Positions 10,679 through 20,853 are shown, counted from the stretch's first letter. The stretch is DNA of 57,670 nucleotides from Candidatus Binatia bacterium (GCA_041488235.1 JBGPOW010000003.1:1-57670), one strand, 5' to 3'. Notes: generated by a model from the sequence alone, not told the origin. Numbers and translations: made by a program.

Positions 10679-11008
10679 ATGGGTACCAAGTTGTACGTGG
10701 GGAATCTGCCGTTCGCGGTGACCTCGCAGGAACTCGGGGAGCTGTTTGCTCAAGCGGGTGAGGTCGTGTCGGCCAACATCATTACGGACCGATTTTCCGG
10801 GCAATCGCGCGGCTTCGGGTTCGTCGAGATGAGCACCGACGATGCTGCGCAAAAGGCAATCAATCAGTTCAACGACTTTCAAATGAAAGGCCGCGGCCTC
10901 AAAGTGAACGAGGCGAAGCCCCGCGAGAACCGCGCGGGCGGTGGCGGCGGCGACCGCGGTGACCGGGGCGATCGCGGCGACCGCGGCGGCGGCGGACGAC
11001 GTTGGTAG
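10679..11008 (+). CDS. RRM-domain RNA-binding protein with Gly-rich tail
   Basis: RNP2 LYVGNL, RNP1 RGFGFVEM, LKVNEAKPR; GGAGGA RBS. Confidence 0.96.
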   Translation: MGTKLYVGNLPFAVTSQELGELFAQAGEVVSANIITDRFSGQSRGFGFVEMSTDDAAQKAINQFNDFQMKGRGLKVNEAKPRENRAGGGGGDRGDRGDRGDRGGGGRRW

Positions 11009-11150
11009 CGCCGCCCTTTTACCCTCGCCCACGCTGATCTTCGGGGTCCCCGCGATCCCACCGGCGACAGTTTCGCCGACCTGTAAGTTTCATCCCGCAT
11101 CGAATATTGCACCAAGATGGACCACTCATGGACAGAAGGAGGACGGAACC

Positions 11151-11519
11151 ATGCTGCGTTGGTTTCAACGTCCCAAGCTCGACGCGAGCTTCACGGCGAC
11201 GCACGCGCTCAGTGACGAGTTCGCGCGCACGATCGAGGTTGCCGGCGAGCTCACATTACGCAACGACGGCAGCGATACGGATTTGGACGACGTCGAAATG
11301 ATCGTGATCGCCGGTTTCCGACGGATTCCCCTCGAGGTGCCGGGTGAATGGCGCGCCCTCCACCTCGAGAGCGGCGGCGCCACTACGAAGACCGTGCGCT
11401 GGTCATTGACACTCGACGCGCCTCTTCGTGCCGAGACCGGCGAGCTCTACGTCAGCGCACGCGACCACAAGCGCAAAAAGTGGGAGTGGCGGCTGCCATT
11501 CGCGTTCGAGCGTCGTTAG
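11151..11519 (+). CDS. Hypothetical beta-rich protein
   Basis: AAGGAGGA RBS, 122 aa, alternating beta-strand pattern. Confidence 0.6.
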   Translation: MLRWFQRPKLDASFTATHALSDEFARTIEVAGELTLRNDGSDTDLDDVEMIVIAGFRRIPLEVPGEWRALHLESGGATTKTVRWSLTLDAPLRAETGELYVSARDHKRKKWEWRLPFAFERR

Positions 11520-11679
11520 TGTCCCGTCTCGGAAATCGCAGGCACGCCAGATCGCCGATGCATCGCCGCTGTCTGCGTCGCGCTCCCTGCAGCATAGCGC
11601 CTCGCTATGCCTCGGTCGCGCCCCTTGCCAACGGCGCGCCTCGACGCTCTGCCGTACCCGTGATTGTCGAGACGGGACA

Positions 11680-12390
11680 TTAGCGTGAGAGGTGTGACGC
11701 GATGAGGGGTAATACGATGAGCAGCTGGATAGCGTCGAACGTGCCGTGTGCGACGGCACAGATCGCGAGATCCTCGGTGCGCTGGTAGGCGCGCCCAAGC
11801 ACGGCGCCGATGACGAGCACTCCCATTCCCATCGTCGGCGATCCGTAGTTCATGTGACTCAACGCGAACCACAGCGTGGCGATGACGATCCCGACGCGTG
11901 CCTGTACGAACGCGCGGAAGAATGCCTCCTCGACGATCATTGCGGCCACGATCAGTCCAAGGCGCAGCATCAGCGGCCGCCGCGCCATCCACACCATGAG
12001 CTGCGCGAATCCCGGATGTGGAGCGAGGGTTCCTGCGCCCGCGACGATGCCGAGCATGATCATGGCGGTCATCGTCAGCAGCCAGCCGAGGATGCCGACG
12101 CGAACCCCCTCGGCGATGCGCGACACCCAGCGGCCGGCTGGCAGTTTCACGAACGATCGCACCGAGGTACGCGTGCGAAGAATGAACCAGAGGACCAAGA
12201 ACGACGCGAGCACGCCTTGTCCGGCGAAGAGCGCGACGAGCCCCATCGTCTCCGCGTTGACCGGCTGCCCGCGCCAGTATGTCGCGATCGGCAGCGCCAC
12301 CGTGAGGACGAACACGATCGCGAGGAGACCGTACGCGCACACGGCACGCCACGACGTCGGGAACTCGGTGCCGACGAGGCGTCCGGTCAT
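11680..12390 (-). CDS. CPBP (type II CAAX/Abi) family intramembrane metalloprotease
   Basis: EEAFFR, FALSH, AHGTFD motifs; multiple TM helices. Confidence 0.9.
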   Translation of the reverse strand: MTGRLVGTEFPTSWRAVCAYGLLAIVFVLTVALPIATYWRGQPVNAETMGLVALFAGQGVLASFLVLWFILRTRTSVRSFVKLPAGRWVSRIAEGVRVGILGWLLTMTAMIMLGIVAGAGTLAPHPGFAQLMVWMARRPLMLRLGLIVAAMIVEEAFFRAFVQARVGIVIATLWFALSHMNYGSPTMGMGVLVIGAVLGRAYQRTEDLAICAVAHGTFDAIQLLIVLPLIASHLSR

Positions 12391-12485
12391 CGTTCGCGCG
12401 GTTGCGGGGGTCGGTCGCCGATGCGAAGATTCGCCGCCGGCGGCGCTGTGCCGGCGTGCGTCGCGACGCGCAAGGAGAGAACGGC

Positions 12486-12653
12486 ATGCTGAAGATCGGT
12501 GACGTGGTGGTGACGATGTCGCATCCCGGCCCGTTCACGATCGTCGACATTCAAGGCGACGTGCTGACCATCGAGACGGCGCACGGACTGCGGAAGATCG
12601 TGCGGTCGGCGAACGTCCGACAACTCGAAAAGGCGAAGCCGGCGTCGTCCTGA
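12486..12653 (+). CDS. 55-aa SH3/KOW-like small protein (YodC-like N-terminus)
   Basis: AAGGAGA RBS; MLKIGDVVVTMSHPGPFTIVDIQGD. Confidence 0.6.
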   Translation: MLKIGDVVVTMSHPGPFTIVDIQGDVLTIETAHGLRKIVRSANVRQLEKAKPASS

Positions 12654-12733
12654 GGGCGCTCTCGCGTGCGCCGTGGCGACGCCGGCTCGCGTTGCCGTGG
12701 GCCGCTCGTCGGGCGGCTCGTGTCGCGGGCGGA

Positions 12734-13018
12734 CTACTTCTTCACGCCGAGTACCGACTGCTTGAAGCTCTTCGCGACGGTGAAGCCCACCTTCTTGCGC
12801 GCGGGGATCTTGATCGCCTCGCCCGTCTGCGGATTGCGACCCATGCGCGCCTTCATCGAACGCAGCCGCCATCCGCCGAGATCGGGGATCTTCACCGTGT
12901 CGCCCTTCTTGATCGCCTTGCGGACGGTGTCGACGAGCGACCCGATCACTGCCTCCGCCTGCTTGCGGGAGATGCCGGTATCCTCCGCCAACTTCCCAAC
13001 CAACTGTGTCTTCGTCAT
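12734..13018 (-). CDS. hup: DNA-binding protein HU
   Basis: MTKTQLV, ARMGRNPQTGEAIKIPA motifs; GAGGGGAG RBS. Confidence 0.95.
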   Translation of the reverse strand: MTKTQLVGKLAEDTGISRKQAEAVIGSLVDTVRKAIKKGDTVKIPDLGGWRLRSMKARMGRNPQTGEAIKIPARKKVGFTVAKSFKQSVLGVKK

Positions 13019-13154
13019 GTGCACTCCCCTCGTGGTTTGGTGAAAACGAGGCGCACCCTAGGGCAGTCATCGGCAACGTGTCAAGCAGAGCGCGGCTCGG
13101 GAAGCCGCGAACGACGCGCTCGCGCGCGATGTCGGCGCGTGCCGGGTGCGCCGT

Positions 13155-14087
13155 TCAGGCGCTCGCGGCGAGCGCCGCCTGCGGCGCGCGCGCGGCGTGC
13201 GAGCGGGAGAGAAAGTCGAACAGCAGACGGTTGAAGCGCGCGGGACGCTCGAGATTCGGGCTGTGCGCGCAATCGTCGAACACGACCAGCTCGGCGTCGG
13301 CGATCCCACGGGCGAGCCGCTCCCCGAGCGCAACCGGCGTGATCACGTCGCCGCGTCCCCAGACGATCAACGTCGGCGCCGCGATGCTCGCGAGCCGCTC
13401 GTCGAGGTACTCGGCGCCGTAGACGAGCTGACGCAAGATCTCGGCGCGATTGGCGAACTCACGCCGACAGCTCCGCACCACGTCACGAAGCACGAACCGC
13501 GGCAGCCGCGGCGGCCGCTGAAAGTTCGCGGCGATGAGGTCGCGCGCATCGTCGGCGGTCTCCGGAAGGAGAACGCGTTGTAGCGACAGATCCGGATCGA
13601 ACCGCAGTCCGGCGGCGTCGACGACCACCAGCTGCGTCACGAGCTCGGGATAGGTCGAGGCGAACGCGAGACTGATCCATCCACCCATCGAGTGGCCGAC
13701 GAGACGGACGCGCTCGCAGCCGAGTCGCGTGACCAGCTCGCGCAGGCAGGAGACCTGGAACGTGATCGTGCGCTCGTCGCCGACGCGGTCGGAGGCGCCG
13801 AAGCCGGGTAGATCGGGGGCGATGACGGCGAATCGTCGGCGCGCCGCCGGCAGCTGCTGGTTCCAGTTGACGCTCGCCTCGGTCCCGAAGCCATGCACGA
13901 ACACAACGGGATCGCCGCGACCACCGCGCCACACCCGGACGCGCGCGCGCGTCAGCTGTACGCGCTGCGACCGCAAACCCGCGAGGCGCAGCCGCGCGCC
14001 GACGACGTGCCGGAAGAGCTCGGTCGGCCGCAGGTACCCGTAGCCGCCGACACCCGCGACGCCGGCGAGCAAGAGCGAAGCGTCCAT
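13155..14087 (-). CDS. Alpha/beta hydrolase
   Basis: FVHGFG, PDLPGFGAS, GHSMGG nucleophile elbow, WGRGD, CAHSP. Confidence 0.92.
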   Translation of the reverse strand: MDASLLLAGVAGVGGYGYLRPTELFRHVVGARLRLAGLRSQRVQLTRARVRVWRGGRGDPVVFVHGFGTEASVNWNQQLPAARRRFAVIAPDLPGFGASDRVGDERTITFQVSCLRELVTRLGCERVRLVGHSMGGWISLAFASTYPELVTQLVVVDAAGLRFDPDLSLQRVLLPETADDARDLIAANFQRPPRLPRFVLRDVVRSCRREFANRAEILRQLVYGAEYLDERLASIAAPTLIVWGRGDVITPVALGERLARGIADAELVVFDDCAHSPNLERPARFNRLLFDFLSRSHAARAPQAALAASA

Positions 14088-14211
14088 GAGATGAGTGTGG
14101 CGCGGGAAGGCGGCGGGCGCAAGCCACGCATCGATCGCGGATCGAAGTCATCTGATTGGACGACGACCGTCACGTTGACGGTGCGCGAAGGCGCCGCTAG
14201 AGCAATCTCCC

Positions 14212-14409
14212 ATGGCGAACATTCTCTGTCCGTGGTGCGGTTGTCCCATCGCCGTCGATCGCGGCATTCGCCGTCGCGGTGTCGTCTATTGCTGTCGCGG
14301 CTGCGCGACGTGGAGTGCGTGCGAGATCCCGGGTTGTGCGCGCGGGGCGCGAGAATCGCGCCTGCCCGACGTGAGCTTGCCCGAGTCGCGCAACCGGATG
14401 AATCGATGA
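14212..14409 (+). CDS. Bacterial metallothionein-like protein
   Basis: 8 Cys; CPWCGC...GVVYCCRGCA...C...C resembles the SmtA/BmtA YCCxxCA pattern. Confidence 0.6.
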   Translation: MANILCPWCGCPIAVDRGIRRRGVVYCCRGCATWSACEIPGCARGARESRLPDVSLPESRNRMNR

Positions 14410-14426
14410 CGCCGTTCGACGATGAT

Positions 14427-14507
14427 GCCCCCGCTCGCTGCGCTCGCGACCCTCGTCGAGCGAGGGCGCGTGGGCGTCGCGCCGCGGAGTGAATCCGCGG
14501 CGCTCCC
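14427..14507 (+). repeat. Dispersed structured repeat, copy 1
   Basis: GCCCCCGCTCGCTGCGCTCGCGA, extra hairpin CCCTCG-TCGAG-CGAGGG, then TGGGCGTC-GCGCCGCGGA-GTGAA-TCCGCGGCGC-TCCC. Confidence 0.85.
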
Positions 14508-14553
14508 GCTGACGGCTTTGCGTGCTCGGGCCATCCACTATAGAAGTGGCGCC

Positions 14554-15135
14554 ATGGCGCGCGAGGTGACGCGTGAGCAGTTCCTCGTCGCGGGACGTCG
14601 TCCGGGAGAGGACGAGAGTTCTGCCGTCGCGCGTGCGGTCGGCGACAGCTTCGCGGCGACGCGCGTCGCCGATGCGATCGCGTGGGCGCGCAAGTACTCG
14701 TTCTTCAGCTATCCCTTCGTCACGGCGTGTTGCGGCATGGAGTTCATGTCGGTCTCGGGCGCGCGCTTCGATCTCGATCGTTTCGGCTTGTCGCTGCCGC
14801 GCTTCACGCCGCGGCAAGCCGATCTGCTGATGGTCGTCGGTACGATCACACACCGTCAGGCGCCGATCCTGCTGCGCATCTACGAGCAGATGGCGGAGCC
14901 GAAGTGGGTGATGTCGTTCGGCGCGTGCACGAGCTCGGGCGGCCCCTACAACAATTACGCGGTCGTCCAAGGGATCGACACGATCATCCCCGTCGACATC
15001 TACGTCCCGGGCTGCCCACCGCATCCGCAAGCCGTCATCGACGGGCTCCTGAAGCTCCAAGAGCGGGTGCAGCACGAGCGGCCGGGCGTTCCCTATCGCG
15101 GCCGCCACGGAAGCGGTCGGCCTCTGCAGAGCTGA
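14554..15135 (+). CDS. nuoB: NADH-quinone oxidoreductase subunit B
   Basis: TACCGMEFM, PRQADLL, MAEPKWV..FGAC, PVDIYVPGCPP. Confidence 0.95.
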   Translation: MAREVTREQFLVAGRRPGEDESSAVARAVGDSFAATRVADAIAWARKYSFFSYPFVTACCGMEFMSVSGARFDLDRFGLSLPRFTPRQADLLMVVGTITHRQAPILLRIYEQMAEPKWVMSFGACTSSGGPYNNYAVVQGIDTIIPVDIYVPGCPPHPQAVIDGLLKLQERVQHERPGVPYRGRHGSGRPLQS

Positions 15136-15141
15136 GCCGGG

Positions 15142-16719
15142 ATGGCCAAGATCACCGTCGACGGGACGGTCGTCGAGGTGCCGGACGGCAGCATGCTGCT
15201 GCCGGCGCTCCTCGACCACGGCGTGCAGATCCCCCACTACTGTTTTCATCCGAAGCTTTCGATCGACGGCAGCTGCCGCATGTGCCTGGTCAAGGTCGAG
15301 GGCATGCCGAAGCTCACCATCTCCTGCAACACGCCCGTGCGCGACGGCATGGTCGTCGACACGAGCGGGCCCGAGGTCGCGAAAGCGCGGCAAGGCGTCC
15401 TCGAGCTACTGCTGGTGAATCACCCGCTCGATTGCCCGATCTGCGACCAAGCGGGCGAGTGCTACCTGCAGGACTACGCGTTCGAGTTCGGCACGCGCGA
15501 GGCGCGCACGCAGGAGCCGCGACGCAAGCTCTTGAAGCGCGTCGACGTCGGGCCGCGCGTCGTGCTCGATCAGGAGCGCTGCATCCTCTGCCGGCGTTGC
15601 GTGCGCTTCTGTCGCGAGATCTCCGAAACGGCGGAGCTCGCCGTCTTCAACATGGGCGACCGCTCCGTCATCGACACGTTCCCCGGCGAGGCGCTCACCA
15701 ACGACTATTCGATCTGCACCGCGGACATCTGTCCGGTCGGCGCGCTCCTCAGTAAGGACTTCCACCACAAGATGCGCGTCTGGTTCCTCGACGAGACGGA
15801 GAGCGTCTGCCCGAGCTGCGCCAACGGTTGCAACATCAAGATCGGCACCGCGCGCCGCGAGATTCAGCGCCTGCTGCCGCGTCGGAACGACGCGGTGAAC
15901 GAGACCTGGATGTGCGACTACGGACGTCTGCGTTACGGCTTCGTCAACGACGATCGCGTCCGTACGCCGACCGTCGGGCGCGGGACGCCGGCGATCGCGG
16001 CGTCGTGGGACGAGGCGCTCGACGAGGCGGCACGACGCCTCGCGGCGGTCGCGCGCGTCGAGGGTGGACGCGCCGTGGCTGCCGTCGTGTCGCCGCACCT
16101 GACGAACGAAGAGCTCTTCGTTCTGGGTCAGCTCGTCGCCGGCGGCCTGCGCACCGCGCAGCGCGATGCCGCCATCCCTCTCGGCCCGGCGGACGACTTC
16201 CTCATCAAATCGGAGAAGGCCGCGAACGGCCGCGGCGCGCGCGACCTCGGACTCGTCGCCGAACCGGGCGCGCTCGATCTCGCCGCGATTCGTGCGGGTA
16301 TCGAGGCGGGGACGATTCGCGGCCTTCTCGTCACCGGTACCGACGTGTGGGAGCTCTGGGAGGAGCGTGCCGACCTCTTCGAGCGCCTCGAGACGCTCGT
16401 CGTCGTCGCGGCGAACGAGCACCCGCTCCTCGGGCTCGCCGACGTCGTGCTGCCCGGCCTGACCTTCGCGGAGAAGGACGGCACGTTCACCAACCACGCC
16501 GGCCGCGTGCAACGTATCCGGCGGGCGCTCGATCCCGGCGAGCAACCGAGCGACGGCGACGTGTTTCTCGCGCTCGGCCGCCGGCTCGGTATGGAAATTC
16601 CGCCGGGACCGTTCGAGCCTGCCGCCGTGCTGCGCGAGATCGCCGCGACCGTGGCGACGTATCGCGACGTCGCGTGGGACGCGATCGGCAGCCTCGGCGT
16701 CCCCACCGCTGAGGCTTGA
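15142..16719 (+). CDS. nuoG: NADH-quinone oxidoreductase subunit G (short form, 525 aa)
   Basis: IPHYCFHP..GSCRMCLV, NHPLDCPICDQAGEC, CILCRRCVRFC, ICPVGAL, CPSCANGC; TFAEKDGTFTN. Confidence 0.92.
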   Translation: MAKITVDGTVVEVPDGSMLLPALLDHGVQIPHYCFHPKLSIDGSCRMCLVKVEGMPKLTISCNTPVRDGMVVDTSGPEVAKARQGVLELLLVNHPLDCPICDQAGECYLQDYAFEFGTREARTQEPRRKLLKRVDVGPRVVLDQERCILCRRCVRFCREISETAELAVFNMGDRSVIDTFPGEALTNDYSICTADICPVGALLSKDFHHKMRVWFLDETESVCPSCANGCNIKIGTARREIQRLLPRRNDAVNETWMCDYGRLRYGFVNDDRVRTPTVGRGTPAIAASWDEALDEAARRLAAVARVEGGRAVAAVVSPHLTNEELFVLGQLVAGGLRTAQRDAAIPLGPADDFLIKSEKAANGRGARDLGLVAEPGALDLAAIRAGIEAGTIRGLLVTGTDVWELWEERADLFERLETLVVVAANEHPLLGLADVVLPGLTFAEKDGTFTNHAGRVQRIRRALDPGEQPSDGDVFLALGRRLGMEIPPGPFEPAAVLREIAATVATYRDVAWDAIGSLGVPTAEA

Positions 16720-17309
16720 TGGCGAGCAAAGTCGTCACCGTCGAGCGTCCTCCGCGCCTGCGCGCCGTCGATACGATGGGGCCGCTCCTCATCCTGCGCG
16801 GGCTGCTCGTGACGTCGCGCCATTTCTTCCGCAATCTCTTCGCGTTCATGCGCGGGCGACGGACGATCGCGACGATTCTCTACCCCGAGGAGAAGCAGCC
16901 GTGGTCGGCGGCGATGCGGGGCATGCCGGTCCTCGTGCAGATGGAGAACGGGAAAGAGCGCTGTGTCGCCTGCGGGCTGTGCGAGTGGGCGTGTCCCGTC
17001 GACTGCATCACGATCTATCCGGCGGAGACGACCGACGAGATCGAGCGCTACCCCGAGATCTTCGACATCGACATGTCGCGCTGCATGTTCTGCGGATTCT
17101 GCGAGGAGGCGTGTCCGGAGGAGGCGATCGTGATGAGCCCGCAGGTCGCGATCGCCACGACCGAGTGGCGCGGCAGTGTGTGGCACAAGCGCGATCTCCT
17201 CGTCCCGGCGCACGAGCTCGAGCCCCGCTTGCGGTACATCCGCCGCGGCTACGAACGGCCCGCGGTTCCGACCCCCGCGCAGGCCGCTCAGCGGATCGAG
17301 AAGCAATGA
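16719..17309 (+). CDS. nuoI: NADH-quinone oxidoreductase subunit I
   Basis: YPEEK, CVACGLCEWACP, CMFCGFCEEACP. Confidence 0.93.
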   Translation: MASKVVTVERPPRLRAVDTMGPLLILRGLLVTSRHFFRNLFAFMRGRRTIATILYPEEKQPWSAAMRGMPVLVQMENGKERCVACGLCEWACPVDCITIYPAETTDEIERYPEIFDIDMSRCMFCGFCEEACPEEAIVMSPQVAIATTEWRGSVWHKRDLLVPAHELEPRLRYIRRGYERPAVPTPAQAAQRIEKQ

Positions 17310-17890
17310 GCGACGGCGAGCCGACACCGAGCACCGCTGCAGTCGCAGAGCCGCCGGTACTGACGCGACTGCGCGAGCGCTTTCCCGACGCGATCGTCGC
17401 GACCCACGCGTATCGCGGCGACGCCACGGCCGAGATCGCGCCTGCGACGCTCCTCGACGTCTGTACGTTCCTGCGCGACGACCCGGTACTGGCGTTCGAT
17501 TTGCTCGCCGACGTGACCGCCGTCGACTACATCGGCACGACGCCGCGGTTCGAGCTCGTGTACCATCTGCGCTCGATCGCGCAGGGGCACCGCGTGCGCG
17601 TGAAGACGCGAGTACCCGAGGAGAGCCCGCGGATTGCGTCGCTGACGTCCGTCTGGCGCGGCGCGAACTGGCTCGAGCGCGAGACCTACGACATGTACGG
17701 CATCCTCTTCGACGGGCACCCCGATTTGCGCCGCATCTATCTGTACGAGGAGTTCCAAGGGCACCCGCTGCGCAAGGACTACCCAAAAGAGAAGCGCCAA
17801 CCGCTCGTCACCGCACGCGACGTCGCGCCGGAGCAGGCCGAGCGTACCGAGGCGCGCGAGCAGCAGCGCTATGGACGCTGGCCGGAATAA
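17306..17890 (+). CDS. nuoC: NADH-quinone oxidoreductase subunit C
   Basis: DVTAVDY, RFELVYHL, ANWLERETYDMYGI, GHPLRKDYP. Confidence 0.95.
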   Translation: MSDGEPTPSTAAVAEPPVLTRLRERFPDAIVATHAYRGDATAEIAPATLLDVCTFLRDDPVLAFDLLADVTAVDYIGTTPRFELVYHLRSIAQGHRVRVKTRVPEESPRIASLTSVWRGANWLERETYDMYGILFDGHPDLRRIYLYEEFQGHPLRKDYPKEKRQPLVTARDVAPEQAERTEAREQQRYGRWPE

Positions 17891-19079
17891 TCCGCCCGTC
17901 ACCGACGATCTCCACACGCAGCCGATGGAGATCCAGATGGGGCCGTCGCACCCATCGACGCACGGGACGGTGAAGATCACCTTGAAGCTCGACGGCGAGC
18001 GCATCCTCGATTCCGAGGTCGAGGTCGGGTACCTGCACCGCGGCTTCGAGAAGGAGTGCGAGAGCGGCGAGTACTACCAGGCGATCCCGTACACCGACCG
18101 CCTGAACTACGCGAGCCCGATGATCAACAACGTCGGCTACTGCCTCGCCGCGGAGAAGCTCTTCGGGATCACCGCGCCGCCGCGCGCGCAATACTTACGC
18201 ACGATCGCGTGCGAGCTGTCGCGCATGAGCGATCACTTCACGTGCATCGGCGCAGCCGCGCTCGAGCTCGCAGCGCTGACGCCGTTTCTCTACTGCGTCC
18301 AGGCGCGCGAGCAGATCTACGACCTGCACGAGTCGCTGTGCGGCGCCCGCGTCACGACGAACTACGTCCGCATCGGCGGCCTGCAGAGCGATCTCCAGCC
18401 GGGGTTCGCGGAGCTCTGTCGCGACAAGGTGGCGGCGGCGCTCAAGCTCTTCGGCGACGTCGACGAGCTGCTGACGAAGAACCCGATCTTCCGCGAGCGC
18501 ATGGAACGCACCGGCACGTTGCCGGCCGATACGCTGATCGCGTACGGCGTCACGGGCCCGCTGCTCCGCGCCGCGGGCGTCGGGTTCGACGTGCGGCGTG
18601 CCGAGCCGTATCTCGTGTACGACCGTCTCGACTTCGACGTGCCAGTCGGCTCGAGCGGCGACAATTACGACCGCTACCTCGTCCGTTTCGCGGAGCTGCG
18701 CCAGAGCGCGCGCATCATCGAGCAGGCCCTGCGCGATCTTCCGGACGGTCCCGTCGACGTCGACGACCCGCGCTTTCGCTGGCCTGCCAAAGGCAAGGTC
18801 TTCAACCGCATGGAGGAGCTGATCGATCAGTTCAAGCTCGTGACCGAGGGCATGCGCCCGCCCGCGGGCGAGGTCTATCAGGCGGTCGAGGGCGCGAACG
18901 GCGAGCTCGGGTTCTATCTCGTCAGCAACGGCACCGGGAAACCGTGGAAGTGCCGCTGCCGCGCACCGAGCTTCAGCAATACCCAGGCGCTGCGCGACAT
19001 GATCCAGGGCGCGCTGCTCGCCGATGTGATCCCGACGTTCGACATGGTGAACATGATCGGCGGCGAGTGCGACCGATGA
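17871..19079 (+). CDS. nuoD: NADH-quinone oxidoreductase subunit D
   Basis: MGPSHPSTHG, GYLHRGFEK, DRLNY, GELGFY, C-terminal GGECDR. Confidence 0.95.
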   Translation: MDAGRNNPPVTDDLHTQPMEIQMGPSHPSTHGTVKITLKLDGERILDSEVEVGYLHRGFEKECESGEYYQAIPYTDRLNYASPMINNVGYCLAAEKLFGITAPPRAQYLRTIACELSRMSDHFTCIGAAALELAALTPFLYCVQAREQIYDLHESLCGARVTTNYVRIGGLQSDLQPGFAELCRDKVAAALKLFGDVDELLTKNPIFRERMERTGTLPADTLIAYGVTGPLLRAAGVGFDVRRAEPYLVYDRLDFDVPVGSSGDNYDRYLVRFAELRQSARIIEQALRDLPDGPVDVDDPRFRWPAKGKVFNRMEELIDQFKLVTEGMRPPAGEVYQAVEGANGELGFYLVSNGTGKPWKCRCRAPSFSNTQALRDMIQGALLADVIPTFDMVNMIGGECDR

Positions 19080-19570
19080 GCGCGGTCGTGAGCGGTGTCT
19101 CGATGCTCTCGGACGCGGTGAAGGACGCAATTCGCGCCGAGGTGCAGAAATATCCGCAACCGCGTGCGGCGCTGCTGATCGCGCTCCACCTCGTGCAGGG
19201 CGAGGTCGGCTACCTGCCGCTCGAGGCGCAGCGTGAGATCGCCGGCATCCTCGGCATCCGTCCGATCGAAGTGCGCGAGGTCGTGTCCTTCTATCCAATG
19301 TACCACGAGCATCCGGTCGGCCGCCGGAACGTGCAGGTGTGCGTCAACATCGCCTGCGCGCTCGCCGGCGCGCGGCAGGTGGTGCGCGGGCTCGAGCAGC
19401 GTTTCGGCATTGCCGCCGGCGAGCGCACCGCCGACGGCGCGCACTCGATCGAAGAGGTGCAGTGTCTCGGCTCGTGCGGGACGGCCGTGTGCGTTCAGGT
19501 GAACAACGAGCCGTACGTCGAGAACGTGCGGCCGGACACGGTCGACGACCTCGTGAAGAGGATCGGCTGA
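19076..19570 (+). CDS. nuoE: NADH-quinone oxidoreductase subunit E
   Basis: VVSFYPMY, CVNIAC and CLGSC [2Fe-2S] ligands. Confidence 0.93.
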   Translation: MSAVVSGVSMLSDAVKDAIRAEVQKYPQPRAALLIALHLVQGEVGYLPLEAQREIAGILGIRPIEVREVVSFYPMYHEHPVGRRNVQVCVNIACALAGARQVVRGLEQRFGIAAGERTADGAHSIEEVQCLGSCGTAVCVQVNNEPYVENVRPDTVDDLVKRIG

Positions 19571-20853
19571 TGGCGATCGAGCGGTATCTGCTCCCCCCGG
19601 AGGGTAGCGACTGGCGTTCGCTCGCTGCGTACCGGCAGGCGGGAGGGTACGAGGCGGCAACGCGGGCGCTCCGCGAGATGACGACCGATGCGGTGATCGA
19701 AGAAGTGAAGGCGTCCGGACTTCGCGGCCGCGGCGGCGCGGGGTTCACGACCGGCCAGAAGTGGAGCTTCATGCCGAAGCCGGGCGGCCCGAAGCCGAGC
19801 TACCTCGCGTGCAACGCCGACGAGAGCGAGCCCGGCACGTTCAAAGATCGCCAAATCATGGAGCGCAACCCGCACCTATTTCTCGAGGGGCTCATCATCG
19901 CGGGGTACGCCATCAACGCGCGGGCCGCGTACGTCTACATCCGCGGCGAGTACGTGACCCCATTCCGCGTGCTTTCCGAGGCGATCGCCGAGCTGCGGGC
20001 CGCAGGTCTCCTCGGGAAAGGGCTCTTCGGCACCGATCGCGAGTACGACATCCACTTGATGCGGGGGGCCGGCGCATACATCTGCGGCGAAGAGACCGGC
20101 ATGATCGAGTCCGCCGAGGGGCGGAAAGGCCAGCCGCGCAAACGGCCGCCATTCCCGGCCGTGTACGGTCTCTGGGGCTGCCCGACGACCGTCAACAACG
20201 TCGAGACGGTGTCGCACGTGCCGGCGATCATCAAGCGCGGCGCCGCGTGGTTCAAGACGATCGGCACGCCGGCGAGTACCGGCAACACGCTTTTCGGCGT
20301 GAGCGGCCACGTCAACCGCCCTGGGGTGTACGAGCTGCCCCTCGGTACCCCGTTGCGCGAGATCATCGAGATCCACGCCGGGGGGGTGCGCGGCGGGCGC
20401 GCGCTCAAAGCGATCATCCCCGGAGGCGTGTCGATGCCCGTGCTCTCCGCCGAGCAGGTCGACGTCGCAATGGACCACGAGTCGCTGAAGCAGGCAGGGA
20501 CGCTCCTCGGAACGGGAGGCATCGTCGTCATGGACGACACCGCGTGCATGGTGCGCGCGGCGATCGTCATCGCGCGGTTCTTCCGCCACGAGACGTGCGG
20601 CCAATGCACCCAGTGCCGCGAGGGAACCGCCTGGTTGTACAAGCTCTTGCAACGGATCGAGGCAGGGCAGGGCAGCGCCGCGGATCTCCGTACGATCGAT
20701 TCCGTCGGCGGCTACATGGAGGGACAGACGATCTGTGCGCTCTCCGACGCAGCAGCCTGGGCGGCGACGGGCTTCCTGCGCCGGTTCCGGGCCGAGTTCG
20801 AAACGCACGTCCACGAAGGCCGGTGCCCGCTCCCGGAGAGCTTCGAGCCGTGA
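19570..20853 (+). CDS. nuoF: NADH-quinone oxidoreductase subunit F
   Basis: GLRGRGGAGF, NADESEPGTFKDR, GAGAYICGEET, CGQCTQCREG...TIC. Confidence 0.96.
   Translation: MAIERYLLPPEGSDWRSLAAYRQAGGYEAATRALREMTTDAVIEEVKASGLRGRGGAGFTTGQKWSFMPKPGGPKPSYLACNADESEPGTFKDRQIMERNPHLFLEGLIIAGYAINARAAYVYIRGEYVTPFRVLSEAIAELRAAGLLGKGLFGTDREYDIHLMRGAGAYICGEETGMIESAEGRKGQPRKRPPFPAVYGLWGCPTTVNNVETVSHVPAIIKRGAAWFKTIGTPASTGNTLFGVSGHVNRPGVYELPLGTPLREIIEIHAGGVRGGRALKAIIPGGVSMPVLSAEQVDVAMDHESLKQAGTLLGTGGIVVMDDTACMVRAAIVIARFFRHETCGQCTQCREGTAWLYKLLQRIEAGQGSAADLRTIDSVGGYMEGQTICALSDAAAWAATGFLRRFRAEFETHVHEGRCPLPESFEP

Noticed and set aside
10945-10995. 9-bp tandem repeats (GGCGACCGC-like) as an array
   Set aside because: They encode the GDR repeats of the RRM protein's Gly-rich tail.
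11680-12390. 'Abi' CPBP protease as a phage defence gene
   Set aside because: The Abi label for this family is historical; it is a widespread membrane protease and there is no defence context here.
14422-14553. N-terminal extension of nuoB in the ORF track
   Set aside because: It is a translation of the intergenic repeat; ATG 14554 fits the promoter and the expected protein length.
17871-19079. NuoD as a [NiFe]-hydrogenase large subunit (C-terminal GECDR)
   Set aside because: Neither CxxC Ni-binding pair is present, the quinone-site His/Tyr residues are intact, and there are no maturation genes.
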